This document shows positions 1-9,004 of a stretch of DNA of 64,000 nt, in pieces; position 1 is the stretch's first letter; every line of letters begins with the position of its first letter. Location: the NCBI GenBank assembly GCA_963767925.1, contig CAVYGB010000008.1, forward strand, positions 640,001-704,000, given 5' to 3'. The position numbers were made by a program, and so were the translations under genes. A model generated the notes under the pieces. That model searched no databases and was not told the DNA's origin. It was given only the letters and a program-made list of their open reading frames with translations. The stretch is from an uncultured delta proteobacterium. GTDB taxonomy: Bacteria; Myxococcota_A; Polyangia; Fen-1088.

Positions 1-33
1 CACGTCCAGCTTCTCGTGATCGAAATGGCCCAT
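1..33 (-). CDS. Four-helix-bundle protein (23S rRNA IVP-like family), 5' end only; runs off the window
   Basis: Reverse complement reads ATG GGC CAT TTC GAT CAC GAG AAG CTG GAC GTG = MGHFDHEKLDV, matching the typical FDHEKLDVY N-terminus of this family. Only 11 codons are visible. Confidence 0.55.
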   Translation of the reverse strand, partial: MGHFDHEKLDV

Positions 34-65
34 TCCCTGTTTTCGGCCAGCGCCTTCTCAGGTTG

Positions 66-110
66 CGGGTACGGGGCACGGGTCCGGGAACGGGAACGGG
101 AACGGGAACG
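66..110. repeat. Hexamer tandem repeat (CGGGAA)x4 preceded by degenerate CGGGNN units
   Basis: CGGGTA CGGGGCA CGGGTC, then CGGGAA x4 at 85-108. Confidence 0.85.
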
Positions 111-174
111 ATCGGGGCCAGACACCCTGTTCGCGGTGTCTCGACGGCGGCGCCCCGCTGGTGCTTAATCCCGG

Positions 175-1560
175 CTAGACGTCGATCTTGTGGTCCTTCG
201 TCTCGCGGATGAACAGGCTGGCCACCACCACGGTGATGAGGCAGACCGCGATCGGATAGATGAGGCCGGTGTAGATCGCCCCCGGTCCGAAGGTCGTCCT
301 GGCCCAGGCGGAAGCCGTCACCGCGGTGGCGATGAGGGGCAGAAAGCCCCCGAACCAGCCGTTGCCGATGTGGTACGGCAGGGACATCGAGGTGTAGCGG
401 ATCTTGGTGGGGAACAGCTCCACCAGGAAGGCGGCGATGGGGCCGTAGACCATGCAGACGTAGACCATCTGCAGGGTGAGCAGCAGGACGATGAGGATCT
501 GGTTGCTCGTGCTCGGCTCGGGCAACGGGTGGGCCAGGCGCTGCATGGCCATGTAGATCGGGAGGTAGGTGAGCGCCCCCAGCAGGCAGCCCGCGATCAT
601 GATCCTCTTGCGCCCGATCCGATCGGACAGCCACCCGAACAGGACGAACAGCGGCGTGGAGAGGGCCAGCGCGATCGAGATGAGGGTGTAGGAGGTCTGC
701 CAGCTCACCTTGAGGACGTCACGCAAGAAGGTGAGGGCGTAAAACTGCCCCGTGTACCAGACCACGCCCTGTCCGGCGGTGGCCCCGAAAAGCGCCAGCA
801 GCACGTATTTCAGGTTGGTGCGGTTGGCGAAACTCTCCACCAGGGGGTTGCGCGAGATCTTGCCGCTCGCCTTGAGCTTGGTGAAAAGGGGCGACTCCTT
901 CATCCGCACCCGGATGTAGAGCGACACCCCCAGCAGCAAGACCGACAGCAGGAAGGGCACCCGCCAGCCGTAGGACCGGAAGGCCTCTTCCCCGAACATG
1001 GTCCGGAACACCCCGATCACCAGCATGCTGACGAAGAAGCCCAGCGTGGCGGTGGTCTGGATGAAGCTCGTGTAATAACCCCGGCGCTTGTCGGGCACGT
1101 GTTCGGCCACGTAGGTGGCGGCGCCCCCGTATTCGCCGCCCAGGGCCAGCCCCTGCAGCAGCCGCAGGGCCACCAGCAGCACCGTCGCCCACAGGCCGAT
1201 GCTCTGGTAGGTGGGCAAGACGCCGATCAGCGCCGTCGATAGGCCCATGGTCGCCATGGTGACGAGGAAGGTGTACTTCCGCCCGATGAGGTCGCCCAGG
1301 TGGCCGAACACCAGGGCCCCCAGCGGGCGCACCCCGAACCCGGCCCCGAAGGTGGCCAGGCTGGCCAGCAGCTGGGCGGTCTCGTTCCCCGGAGGGAAGA
1401 ACAGACCGCCGAAGAAGCTGGCCAGGCTTCCGTACAGGTAAAAGTCGTACCACTCGAACAAGGTGCCCAGCGAGGAGGCGAAGATGACCCGCCGGATCTT
1501 GGGGGGGTCGAGGGCGGCAGGAGGATCGGCGGCTGGCGGGTCGAGCGTCACCTTGGGCAT
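175..1560 (-). CDS. MFS transporter, metabolite:H+ symporter (MHS) family
   Basis: GTLFEWYDFYLY, FGHLGDLIGRK, RLLQGLALGGEYGGA, GWRVPF, ELFPTKIRY; about 12 hydrophobic segments. Confidence 0.93.
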   Translation of the reverse strand: MPKVTLDPPAADPPAALDPPKIRRVIFASSLGTLFEWYDFYLYGSLASFFGGLFFPPGNETAQLLASLATFGAGFGVRPLGALVFGHLGDLIGRKYTFLVTMATMGLSTALIGVLPTYQSIGLWATVLLVALRLLQGLALGGEYGGAATYVAEHVPDKRRGYYTSFIQTTATLGFFVSMLVIGVFRTMFGEEAFRSYGWRVPFLLSVLLLGVSLYIRVRMKESPLFTKLKASGKISRNPLVESFANRTNLKYVLLALFGATAGQGVVWYTGQFYALTFLRDVLKVSWQTSYTLISIALALSTPLFVLFGWLSDRIGRKRIMIAGCLLGALTYLPIYMAMQRLAHPLPEPSTSNQILIVLLLTLQMVYVCMVYGPIAAFLVELFPTKIRYTSMSLPYHIGNGWFGGFLPLIATAVTASAWARTTFGPGAIYTGLIYPIAVCLITVVVASLFIRETKDHKIDV

Positions 1561-1621
1561 GGTGGTATCCAGATGGTTCTCCAGGAGGGGTGGGAAGGGG
1601 GGGGCGCGGTCGGCTGGCGGC

Positions 1622-3223
1622 TCAGCGCTGGCTGACCTCGTTTTCGAGGGGCTTGCCGTCGGGGTCGAGCAGGACGATCTTGCTCCCGCCCCACTCCTTC
1701 GAGTCGGCCAGCTCCTTCAGCTTCGGCAACACGACCTTGCCGTCCCCCACCACCAGGAGCTGCAGGTTGCCGAGCTTGAGGTGTTTGCTGGCCGACTGCT
1801 TCACGGCGGCCTTGTTTATCGCCTGCACCTTGCCCACGAAGGTGTCGAAGTAGTTGAGCGGCAGCCCGTAGTAGATGAGCTCCCGGAAGGCGGCCAGCGT
1901 CTGCAGGCCGGTCGAGAACTGGGCCGGCACCGACTGCACCTTGTTGTCCTTCTCCCGGCCGAGCTCCTGCTCGGTCGGGTCACCCTCGCGCAGCCCCCGG
2001 ATCTCCTTGCCCATCTCCAGGATCGACTCCCTGGTGACGTCGGTGCGCACCGAGGCGGCCGCCCGGAAGACGCTGCCCTGGCGGTTGTAGTCGAAGGCCC
2101 CCCGTGCCCCGTAGGCGTAGCCGTGTTTCTCCCGGATGTTCATGTTGATCCGGCTGGTGAACCCGCCGCCGAGGATGGCGCTCATGATGCTGGTGGCCTG
2201 GAAGTCGGCCGCCTTGCGGTCCGGGCCCAGGTGGAGGAGCTGCACCACCGACTGGGGGGCGTTGGGCATGTCGACGAAGAAGATCCGGCCGGCGCGGGGC
2301 TTGGCCGCGGTGGGGGCGGAGGCCTTCTTGGGCCGCCCCGTCCAGCCCTTGAGCCTGTTACCCACCTGCTCGGTGATCTCGGCCTTGCTGAGGTCACCGA
2401 CGACGAACAGGGTCGCCCCCTGGGGCTTGACGTAGTCGTTCACGAAGGCCTGGCAGTCGGGCAGGCCGATGGCCCCGTAGCTGGCCTCGGTGGCGAAGCG
2501 CCCGTAGAGGTGGTCGGCGCCGTAGACGACCGAGTTGGACAGCCGCCCCGCCACCGCCGCCGGGTTCCCCTTGGTCTGTTGCAGGCCGGCGATGCGGCGC
2601 TTGAGGCTCCGATCGAGCTCCTCGGCCCGCAGACCCGGCTCGAGCAGGGTATCGGCCCAGAGATCGAGGGTCTGGGCGAGGTTCTTCTTGAGGCTGGCCA
2701 GCGACACCCAGTGCTGATCGGCCGAGGAGGAGCTCGACACCGTCGAGGCGATATCGGCCAGCGCCTCCTCGAGCTCGATCTTGCCGAGGGTCTGCGTCCC
2801 CTCGCTCATCAGGGCCGAGCAGACCGAGGCCAGGCCGTCTTTGCCCTTGGGGTCGACGAAGGAGCCGCCCTCGAACACCAGCGACATCGAGACGATGGGC
2901 AGGTTGTGCCGCTCGACCAGGTAGACCGAGACCCCGCCCGGGAGCTTGAAGCGCTGCAGGTCGGGGGTCTTGAAGGGGCGGATCTTGTCGGCCGCCGGCT
3001 GCTGGGCCCGGAAGGCCTCCTCCGGGAAGGTCAGCTCGGGCGGGGGCGGCTCCTCGGGCGGCGGCGGCAGAGGGGGAGCTTCGGCCGGCGGGGGGACCGC
3101 GGCCAGCTCGGGTGAGGGAGGGGCGGGCGAGGTGGGGGTCTGGGTCACCGGCCCGGCGCAGGCGCTCGCGCCGAGCAGCAGCCCCAAAAGGAGGCTCGGG
3201 TTCTTGCGGATGATGCGGTTCAT
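1622..3223 (-). CDS. M16 (pitrilysin/insulinase) peptidase, non-catalytic subunit, lipoprotein
   Basis: Lipobox-like ASAC, Pro-rich linker, LMSEGT with no HxxEH, and ILGGGFTSRINMNIREKHGYAYGA (R/Y substrate-binding motif). Confidence 0.9.
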   Translation of the reverse strand: MNRIIRKNPSLLLGLLLGASACAGPVTQTPTSPAPPSPELAAVPPPAEAPPLPPPPEEPPPPELTFPEEAFRAQQPAADKIRPFKTPDLQRFKLPGGVSVYLVERHNLPIVSMSLVFEGGSFVDPKGKDGLASVCSALMSEGTQTLGKIELEEALADIASTVSSSSSADQHWVSLASLKKNLAQTLDLWADTLLEPGLRAEELDRSLKRRIAGLQQTKGNPAAVAGRLSNSVVYGADHLYGRFATEASYGAIGLPDCQAFVNDYVKPQGATLFVVGDLSKAEITEQVGNRLKGWTGRPKKASAPTAAKPRAGRIFFVDMPNAPQSVVQLLHLGPDRKAADFQATSIMSAILGGGFTSRINMNIREKHGYAYGARGAFDYNRQGSVFRAAASVRTDVTRESILEMGKEIRGLREGDPTEQELGREKDNKVQSVPAQFSTGLQTLAAFRELIYYGLPLNYFDTFVGKVQAINKAAVKQSASKHLKLGNLQLLVVGDGKVVLPKLKELADSKEWGGSKIVLLDPDGKPLENEVSQR

Positions 3224-4634
3224 GGCTGTCCTCCCGACGACTGGGCCCCTGCGGGGGCGGTGCTCACCTTCGGCGCACCCGGCCCCGCGCCGGGCAGCGT
3301 GAGGATCTCGATCCGGTTCTGCTTCTTGAGGTAGGTGGCCGCGGCGGTGCGCACGCCCTCGGCGGTGGCGTTGCGGAACTGATCGAGGTGGCGGGTGAAG
3401 GAGTTCGGGTCGCCGAAGTGGTGGTTGTACATCTGGACGGTCTCACCCCGGGCCACCAGGCTCTCGAGGCCCCGCACGAACCCGGCCTCGGTCTCGGTGA
3501 TCACCCGCTTGCGCTCCCGCTCGGTGATCGCCTCGCTCGCCACCTTGTCGAGCTCGGCGTTGAGGACCGCCTCGACCGCGCGCAGGTCGGCGTCCGGCTT
3601 CAGATCGACGACAACGTTGAAGATGCTCGAGAAGCGCTGGCTCTGCTGGAAGACGGACACGTTCTGGGCCCACTGCTTCTCGTGCACGAGGATCTTGTAG
3701 AGGCGCCCGGTGCCGCTGCGGCCGAGGGCGCTGGCCAGGATGTCGAGCTCGGCGTCGCCGGCGGCGAAGGCCTTGGGGCTGTGCCAGGCGTACTGGATGC
3801 GCCGGAGCTTGGCGAAGTCGTCGCTCACCTGCTCCCGCCTGGTCTGGGTGACGGGGGTCGGGAGGACCTCGCGCTTGGCCGGCCTGGCCGTCTTGGGGAA
3901 GGTGCCGAACCACTTTTCCACGAGCTTCTTGGTCGCGGGGACGTCGATGTCACCGGCCACGAGCAGGGTGGCGTTGGCGGGGACGTACCACTTGCGGAAG
4001 AAGTTCTTCACGTCCTCGAGCGAGGCGGCCGCCAGATCCTCGTGCCGCCCGATGACCTGGTAGCGGTAAGGGTGGCCCTCGGCGTAGAGGAGTCGGTTGA
4101 GCACGAAGCTGGTCTTGCCGTAGGGCACGTTGTCTACCGCTGGCGGCGCTCGTTGCGCACCACCTCGCGCTGGTTGGCCAGGCTCTTTTCGGTCAGCAGT
4201 GGCAACATGTAGCCCATGCGATCGCTCTCCAGCCAGAGGGCGGTCTCGAGCTGGTTGGCCGGCACCTGCTCGAAGTAGTTGGTGCGGTCGGTGTTGGTCG
4301 AGCCGTTGATCACCGCCGAGCCGATCTTCTGCAGCACCTCGAAGTGCTTGTCCTCGCCGACGTGTTTCGAGCCCTGGAACATCATGTGCTCGAACAGGTG
4401 GGCGAAGCCGCTCTTGCCGGGGGTCTCCTCCCCGCTGCCGACGTGGTACCAGACGCTGACGTAGGCCAGCGGCACGGTCCGATCGGGGTGCAGGATGACC
4501 TCCAGGCCGTTGTCGAGCTGGTAGCGCTCCAGCTCCAGCTTGGGGTCACCCTCCGCGGCGACGACGCCGTCCGAGCCGCCGAGCAGCAACGCGAAAAACA
4601 CAAGCTTGCGCAAGGCCATCAGGCTCCGCGGCAT
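3220..4634 (-). CDS. M16 zinc peptidase, catalytic subunit (split by a 1-bp deletion near 4135)
   Basis: WYHVGSGEE, GFAHLFEHMMFQGS (HxxEH), NGSTNTDRTNYFE, LWLESDRM. Adding one C at the junction restores ERRQR-YDNVPYG. Strong SD (AAGAGGAGG) before ATG 4634; 4-bp overlap with the next gene. Confidence 0.88.
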
Positions 4635-4728
4635 TCGAGCACCTCCTCTTGATTGTTCGGGACCCGGAAACCGGGCGGCTCCCACGCGAGGGGCGCGAGC
4701 TTACCAGCGTCCGCCCGGAGGCTCAAAG

Positions 4729-5970
4729 TCAGGCGCGCGCGGCCAGCCCGATGCGGTCGAGCAGCCGGTAGGCCCGCTCGCGCGAGATGCCGAGCCGGGT
4801 GGCCGCCCGGGACATGTTCCCGCCCGCCTCCCGGACCGCGTCGAGCATCAGGGGCACGTCGAGCACCGGGCTGACCGGGATGACGGGAGAGGTGGTCCGG
4901 TTGTCCAGATCGGGGGGCAACATCCGCGGGGGCAGGTGGGCCGTGCGCAGCCGGTCGTCGTCGCCGTGCAGGGAGATGAGCCGGAGCAGCAGGAGCGCCA
5001 TCTCCCGCACGTTGCAGGGCCAGTCGTAGAGGCACAGCCGCTCGACCATCTCGGCGCTCGGTGGCGGCACGTTGGCCCCCCCGTGCCGCTGGTAGAGGTG
5101 CCGGAACAGCGCGGGGATCTCCACCGTGCGCCGGCGCAGGGGCGGCAGCCGGAGCTTGATCCCATCGAGCTGCCGGTAGAGGCTCTCCACCAGGCGCCCG
5201 TCCGCCAGCGCGGTGGCCAGCGGCTCCTGGCTGCCGACCACCAGGCCCACCCGCTCCCAGCGGCCCTCGGCGAGGGTGGCGGCCAGGCGCTCCTGCAGGG
5301 ATGGCTCGAGGGCGGCGATGCTGCCGAGGTAGACGGTACCGCCGAGCGACTGGGCCAGGGCGCCCCCCACCGCGGCCGCCCCGAACAGGCGCAGGCTCGC
5401 CTCGAAGGGATCGACAGCGCCGCAGTCGAGCGCGACGAAGGGGCCCCGCCGCGCCTCCTGGGCGTGGATGAGCCGCGCGGTCAGGGCCTTTCCCGTGCCG
5501 GTCTCCCCCTCGATCACGATGGGCAGCGATTCGCCGCGGGCGACGACGAGCGGCTCGAGGGCGGCCTCCAGGATGGGGCCCAGGGACATCCCGACCGCGG
5601 CGGCCTCGGCCTGCAGCGATCGGCGGCTGTCGGTGGCCGGGGTGGGCGCCACAACTCCCAGGAAGTCGCCCAGCCGGATGAGGGCCCCCTCTTCCAGGGG
5701 GGCCTCGTGGACCTTGGCGCCGTCGACCATCACCCCGTTGGTGCTGCCGAGGTCGCGGATGACCGCCGAGCGGCCCGACCAGACGATCTCGGCGTGCTCC
5801 CAGGAGACCGCCTTGCCGTCGAGGGGGACGTCGCAGTCGGGGTTGCGGCCCAGGATGAGCGGCCTGGCGCCGAAGGGGACGAAGCGGGGGCTCTCATCGG
5901 GGAAGACGAACACGATACCGAGACCCCGGAGGGCCAGAACTTTTCGCGCGTCGTCCCGGGGCTGGCTCAT
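4729..5970 (-). CDS. FHA domain + degenerate sigma54-interaction AAA+ domain + Fis-type HTH regulator
   Basis: FHA: LGRNPDCDV..VSWEHA..DLGSTNG. Walker A: GETGTGK. Also YDWPCNVRE and HTH GNMSRAATRLGISRERAYRLL. GAFTGA and Walker B DE are absent. Confidence 0.85.
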   Translation of the reverse strand: MSQPRDDARKVLALRGLGIVFVFPDESPRFVPFGARPLILGRNPDCDVPLDGKAVSWEHAEIVWSGRSAVIRDLGSTNGVMVDGAKVHEAPLEEGALIRLGDFLGVVAPTPATDSRRSLQAEAAAVGMSLGPILEAALEPLVVARGESLPIVIEGETGTGKALTARLIHAQEARRGPFVALDCGAVDPFEASLRLFGAAAVGGALAQSLGGTVYLGSIAALEPSLQERLAATLAEGRWERVGLVVGSQEPLATALADGRLVESLYRQLDGIKLRLPPLRRRTVEIPALFRHLYQRHGGANVPPPSAEMVERLCLYDWPCNVREMALLLLRLISLHGDDDRLRTAHLPPRMLPPDLDNRTTSPVIPVSPVLDVPLMLDAVREAGGNMSRAATRLGISRERAYRLLDRIGLAARA

Positions 5971-6128
5971 ACGTGTGTTTCGGGTGGGTCGTCTCGCGAC
6001 CGATCAGACGGTCGCGCAAACCGGAGCTGCTTGCCACACATTTCGGGCGGATGTCAGGACGACACCGTGCATGTAGCGACGCGTCGCATATAGCGAACGC
6101 GGAGCTACGGCGCTAGTAAAAAGGCCCC

Positions 6129-7121
6129 GTGTCGAACCCCGCGCGCTCGTTCCACCGCCTCAGCCTGGTCGTCCTCGGTGTCACGCTGGCCGTCATCTTG
6201 TGGGGCGCCTACGTTCGCGCCACCGGCTCGGGCGCCGGCTGCGGCAGCCACTGGCCCACCTGCAACGGCGAGGTGATCCCCCGCAACCCCAGCACCGCCA
6301 CGGTGATCGAATTCACCCACCGCGCCACCTCGGGCATCGCCTTCCTGCTGGTGCTGGCCCAGCTCGTGATGGCGTTCCGGAGCTTTCCCCGGGGCCACGG
6401 GGTACGGCGGGCCGCGGTCGGCGGGTTCGTGCTCATGGTGACCGAGGCGCTGGTGGGCGCCGGCCTCGTGATCTTCGAGATGGTGGCGGGCAACACCGAG
6501 ACGGCGCGGGCCTTCTGGATGGCGGCCCACCTCCTCAACACCTTCGCCCTGCTCTCGGCGCTCGGGCTATGCGCCTGGCGGTCGCGCCGGCCCGCTCCCG
6601 ACCCGGTCGCCGATCCCGGATCGGCGCTGGCGCCGGGCTTCGGGCCGGGGCTGATGCTGGGCCTGCTGGCCTTGCTCCTGGTGGCGACAAGCGGCGCGGT
6701 GGTGGCCCTGGGGGACACGCTGTTCCCGTCCGCCTCCCTGCGCGAGGGCCTGCAGCAGGACTTCGCCCCGGGCGCCCACCTCTTCATCCGCCTGCGCGTG
6801 TTGCACCCGGTGCTGGCGGTGGCGACGGCGATCTACCTCCTCGTCGTGACGGCCCTGCTGGCCGCCCGGGACCCGGACGGGCGGCTGCGGGCCCCGGCGA
6901 GCCTCACCGCGGGCCTGGTGCTCGTCCAGCTCGCCATCGGCTTCGCCAACCTGCTGCTGCTGGCCCCGGTGGCCCTGCAGATCGCCCACCTGCTGGTGGC
7001 CGACCTGCTCTGGCTGGCCCTGGTGGTGACGACCGCCGCCACCCGCGAGCACCTAGCGGCGCGCGCGGTCGCCCGGCCGGCCTACGCCGCGCCGCTGGTA
7101 CCCGGTCCCGCCGCCGAGTGA
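6129..7121 (+). CDS. ctaA: Heme A synthase (COX15/CtaA family)
   Basis: GAYVRATGSGAGCGSHWPTCNG, IEFTHR, further conserved His residues in the TM helices; about 8 TMs. Confidence 0.85.
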   Translation: MSNPARSFHRLSLVVLGVTLAVILWGAYVRATGSGAGCGSHWPTCNGEVIPRNPSTATVIEFTHRATSGIAFLLVLAQLVMAFRSFPRGHGVRRAAVGGFVLMVTEALVGAGLVIFEMVAGNTETARAFWMAAHLLNTFALLSALGLCAWRSRRPAPDPVADPGSALAPGFGPGLMLGLLALLLVATSGAVVALGDTLFPSASLREGLQQDFAPGAHLFIRLRVLHPVLAVATAIYLLVVTALLAARDPDGRLRAPASLTAGLVLVQLAIGFANLLLLAPVALQIAHLLVADLLWLALVVTTAATREHLAARAVARPAYAAPLVPGPAAE

Positions 7122-8410
7122 GCCGCGGGCCACCCCGGCCGGTGCAGCGGCCAGTGGGTCTTCTTCTCGATGGCCAGCAGGCGGTTGTACTTGGCCAGCC
7201 GCTCCGACCGCCGCAGGCCACCGACCCGCAGGTGCTCGGCCCCCCAGCCCACCGCCAGATCGGTCAGCCAGTCGTCTTCGGTCTCGCCGGTCCGGCCGGC
7301 CACGATCACCGTGAGCCCCGCCTTGCGCGCCAGCCGCAGCGTCTCGGCCGCCTCGCTGAGGGTGCCGCACTGGCTGGGCTTGACCACCACCGCAGTGCAG
7401 GCCTCCTGGGCCACCGCCCGCTTGACCCGGATCGGGTTGGTGCACAGCAGGTCGTCCCCGATCACGTGCACCTGGCCGGTCGGCGTCCGCAGGCGCGCGC
7501 ACAGCCGGGTCCAGTTCTCCCAGTCCTCCTCGGCCAGCGGATCCTCGACCGCGAACAGCGGGAAGCGGGTCGCCCAGGTCGCGAAGCGCTCGATGACCTC
7601 GCGGGGGGTCAGCTTCTCCCGATCGATCCGGTACCAGCCCTCCTCGAAGCGGCGGCTGGCCGCCCCCAGCAGCACCAGCTTCACCTCCCGATCCGGCTCC
7701 CGGTCGGCGGTGCGCACCGCCTGCAGGGTCAGCTCGAGCATCGAGTCGGAGTCGAAGAAGGGGGCGCGGATGCCGCCGTCGTGGGCCAGCGCGACGCCGG
7801 AGTCGTAACGCCGGCGGGCGGCCGCCTCGGCGAGGGCGGTGAGCTGCGCCGCCACCACCAGGGCCTCGTCCACGGTCGCGGCCGCGGCGGGCAGCACCGC
7901 CAGCCCCAGCGGACCGCGATCGAGCGGATCGCTCCCGTCGCCCGAGAACAGCGACACGATCGGCATGGGCAGGCGGGCCGGCCCCTTGCCGACCATCTCG
8001 GCGAAGTGGCGGAAGAGGGGGGTGCCCTGGGTCGTGGCGTGGGCCCGGGCGAAGGCCAGCGAGATCCCGCAGACGGTGTTGCCGCCGAGCCGGCTCAGGT
8101 TGCGGGTCCCGTCGAGGGCCGCGAGCGCGCGATCGAAGCTGGCCTGGTCGGAGAAGCGTTTTCCGATCAGCGCCGCCCGGATCTCCCCCTCCACCAGCGC
8201 GACCGCCTTGCGCCGGCCGCCGCCGCGGAAGCGGGCCTCGTCCTCGTCGCGCAGATCGAAGACCTCGTTTCGCCCGGGCGTGCCGGCCACCGGCACGGCG
8301 GCGTTGCCGCGTACGCCGGTGTCGAGCACGCAGCTCACCTCGATGGTCGGGCCACCCCGGCTATCCAGGATCTCGAGCGCCTCGAGATGGGTGACGGTTG
8401 GCATGGGCAA
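7082..8410 (-). CDS. Enolase homologue, divergent and likely catalytically impaired
   Basis: EILDSRGGPTIEV, AVEDPLAEEDW, IGDDLLCTN, RTGETED, RSERLAKYNRLLAIE. Several catalytic and Mg-binding residues are substituted (see findings). Confidence 0.85.
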   Translation of the reverse strand: MPMPTVTHLEALEILDSRGGPTIEVSCVLDTGVRGNAAVPVAGTPGRNEVFDLRDEDEARFRGGGRRKAVALVEGEIRAALIGKRFSDQASFDRALAALDGTRNLSRLGGNTVCGISLAFARAHATTQGTPLFRHFAEMVGKGPARLPMPIVSLFSGDGSDPLDRGPLGLAVLPAAAATVDEALVVAAQLTALAEAAARRRYDSGVALAHDGGIRAPFFDSDSMLELTLQAVRTADREPDREVKLVLLGAASRRFEEGWYRIDREKLTPREVIERFATWATRFPLFAVEDPLAEEDWENWTRLCARLRTPTGQVHVIGDDLLCTNPIRVKRAVAQEACTAVVVKPSQCGTLSEAAETLRLARKAGLTVIVAGRTGETEDDWLTDLAVGWGAEHLRVGGLRRSERLAKYNRLLAIEKKTHWPLHRPGWPAAHSAAGPGTSGAA

Positions 8411-8464
8411 AGGTGGGGCGAGGGGAGATGATCGCCCGCAATCCGCCCGGGTACAAGGCGTAGA

Positions 8465-8878
8465 TCACCGGGGTTTTTTCAGGACCTCGACCCGGACCCG
8501 GGCAAGGCCCCCGAACATGCGCAGCTCCCTGGCCGCCTCGGCGCTGAGGTCGATGATCCGGCCGCGCCCGTAGGGGCCCCGATCGTTGATGCGCACCTCG
8601 ATCGGGCCGGCCACCACCTTTCCCTGAGCGTCGATCCGGGTCACCCGCACCCGGGTCCCCAGCGGCAGGGTCCGGTGCGCGGCGGTCATCGCCGCCGCCC
8701 GGTACGGCTCGCCGGACGCTGTCCGGCGGCCCTCGAAACGCGCAGCGTAGTGGGTGGCGATCCCCTCTTCGGCCGGCCCCACGTCGGGCCGGCTGGGCGG
8801 GGCCCGCCCGGGACAGCCCGCCGCGAGCGCCAGACAGGCCGCCAGGGCCAGCGCCCGGGCGCCGGCGCGGAACCGCAC
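8465..8878 (-). CDS. rlpA: RlpA-family lytic transglycosylase (DPBB domain) lipoprotein
   Basis: EEGIATHY, TASGEPY, MTAAHRTLPLGT, VRINDRGPY, RIIDLSAEAA; lipobox AAGC. Confidence 0.9.
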   Translation of the reverse strand: MRFRAGARALALAACLALAAGCPGRAPPSRPDVGPAEEGIATHYAARFEGRRTASGEPYRAAAMTAAHRTLPLGTRVRVTRIDAQGKVVAGPIEVRINDRGPYGRGRIIDLSAEAARELRMFGGLARVRVEVLKKPR

Positions 8879-9004
8879 CGAGGTCAGCAGCGGGGCCCAC
8901 CCGGGTGGCGTCGGTTGGTCATGGTCGGCCTCGCCTGGTCAGCCTACCAGGTGACGGGGACCTGTCCATCGGCCGCACCCCTGCTCTCGGCTAAGATGGA
9001 CCCG

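Noticed and set aside
5995..6090. Palindromes CGCGACCG..CGGTCGCG and GCGACGCGTCGC between divergent genes
   Set aside because: Almost entirely G/C, so plausible by chance at this composition; no supporting promoter element.
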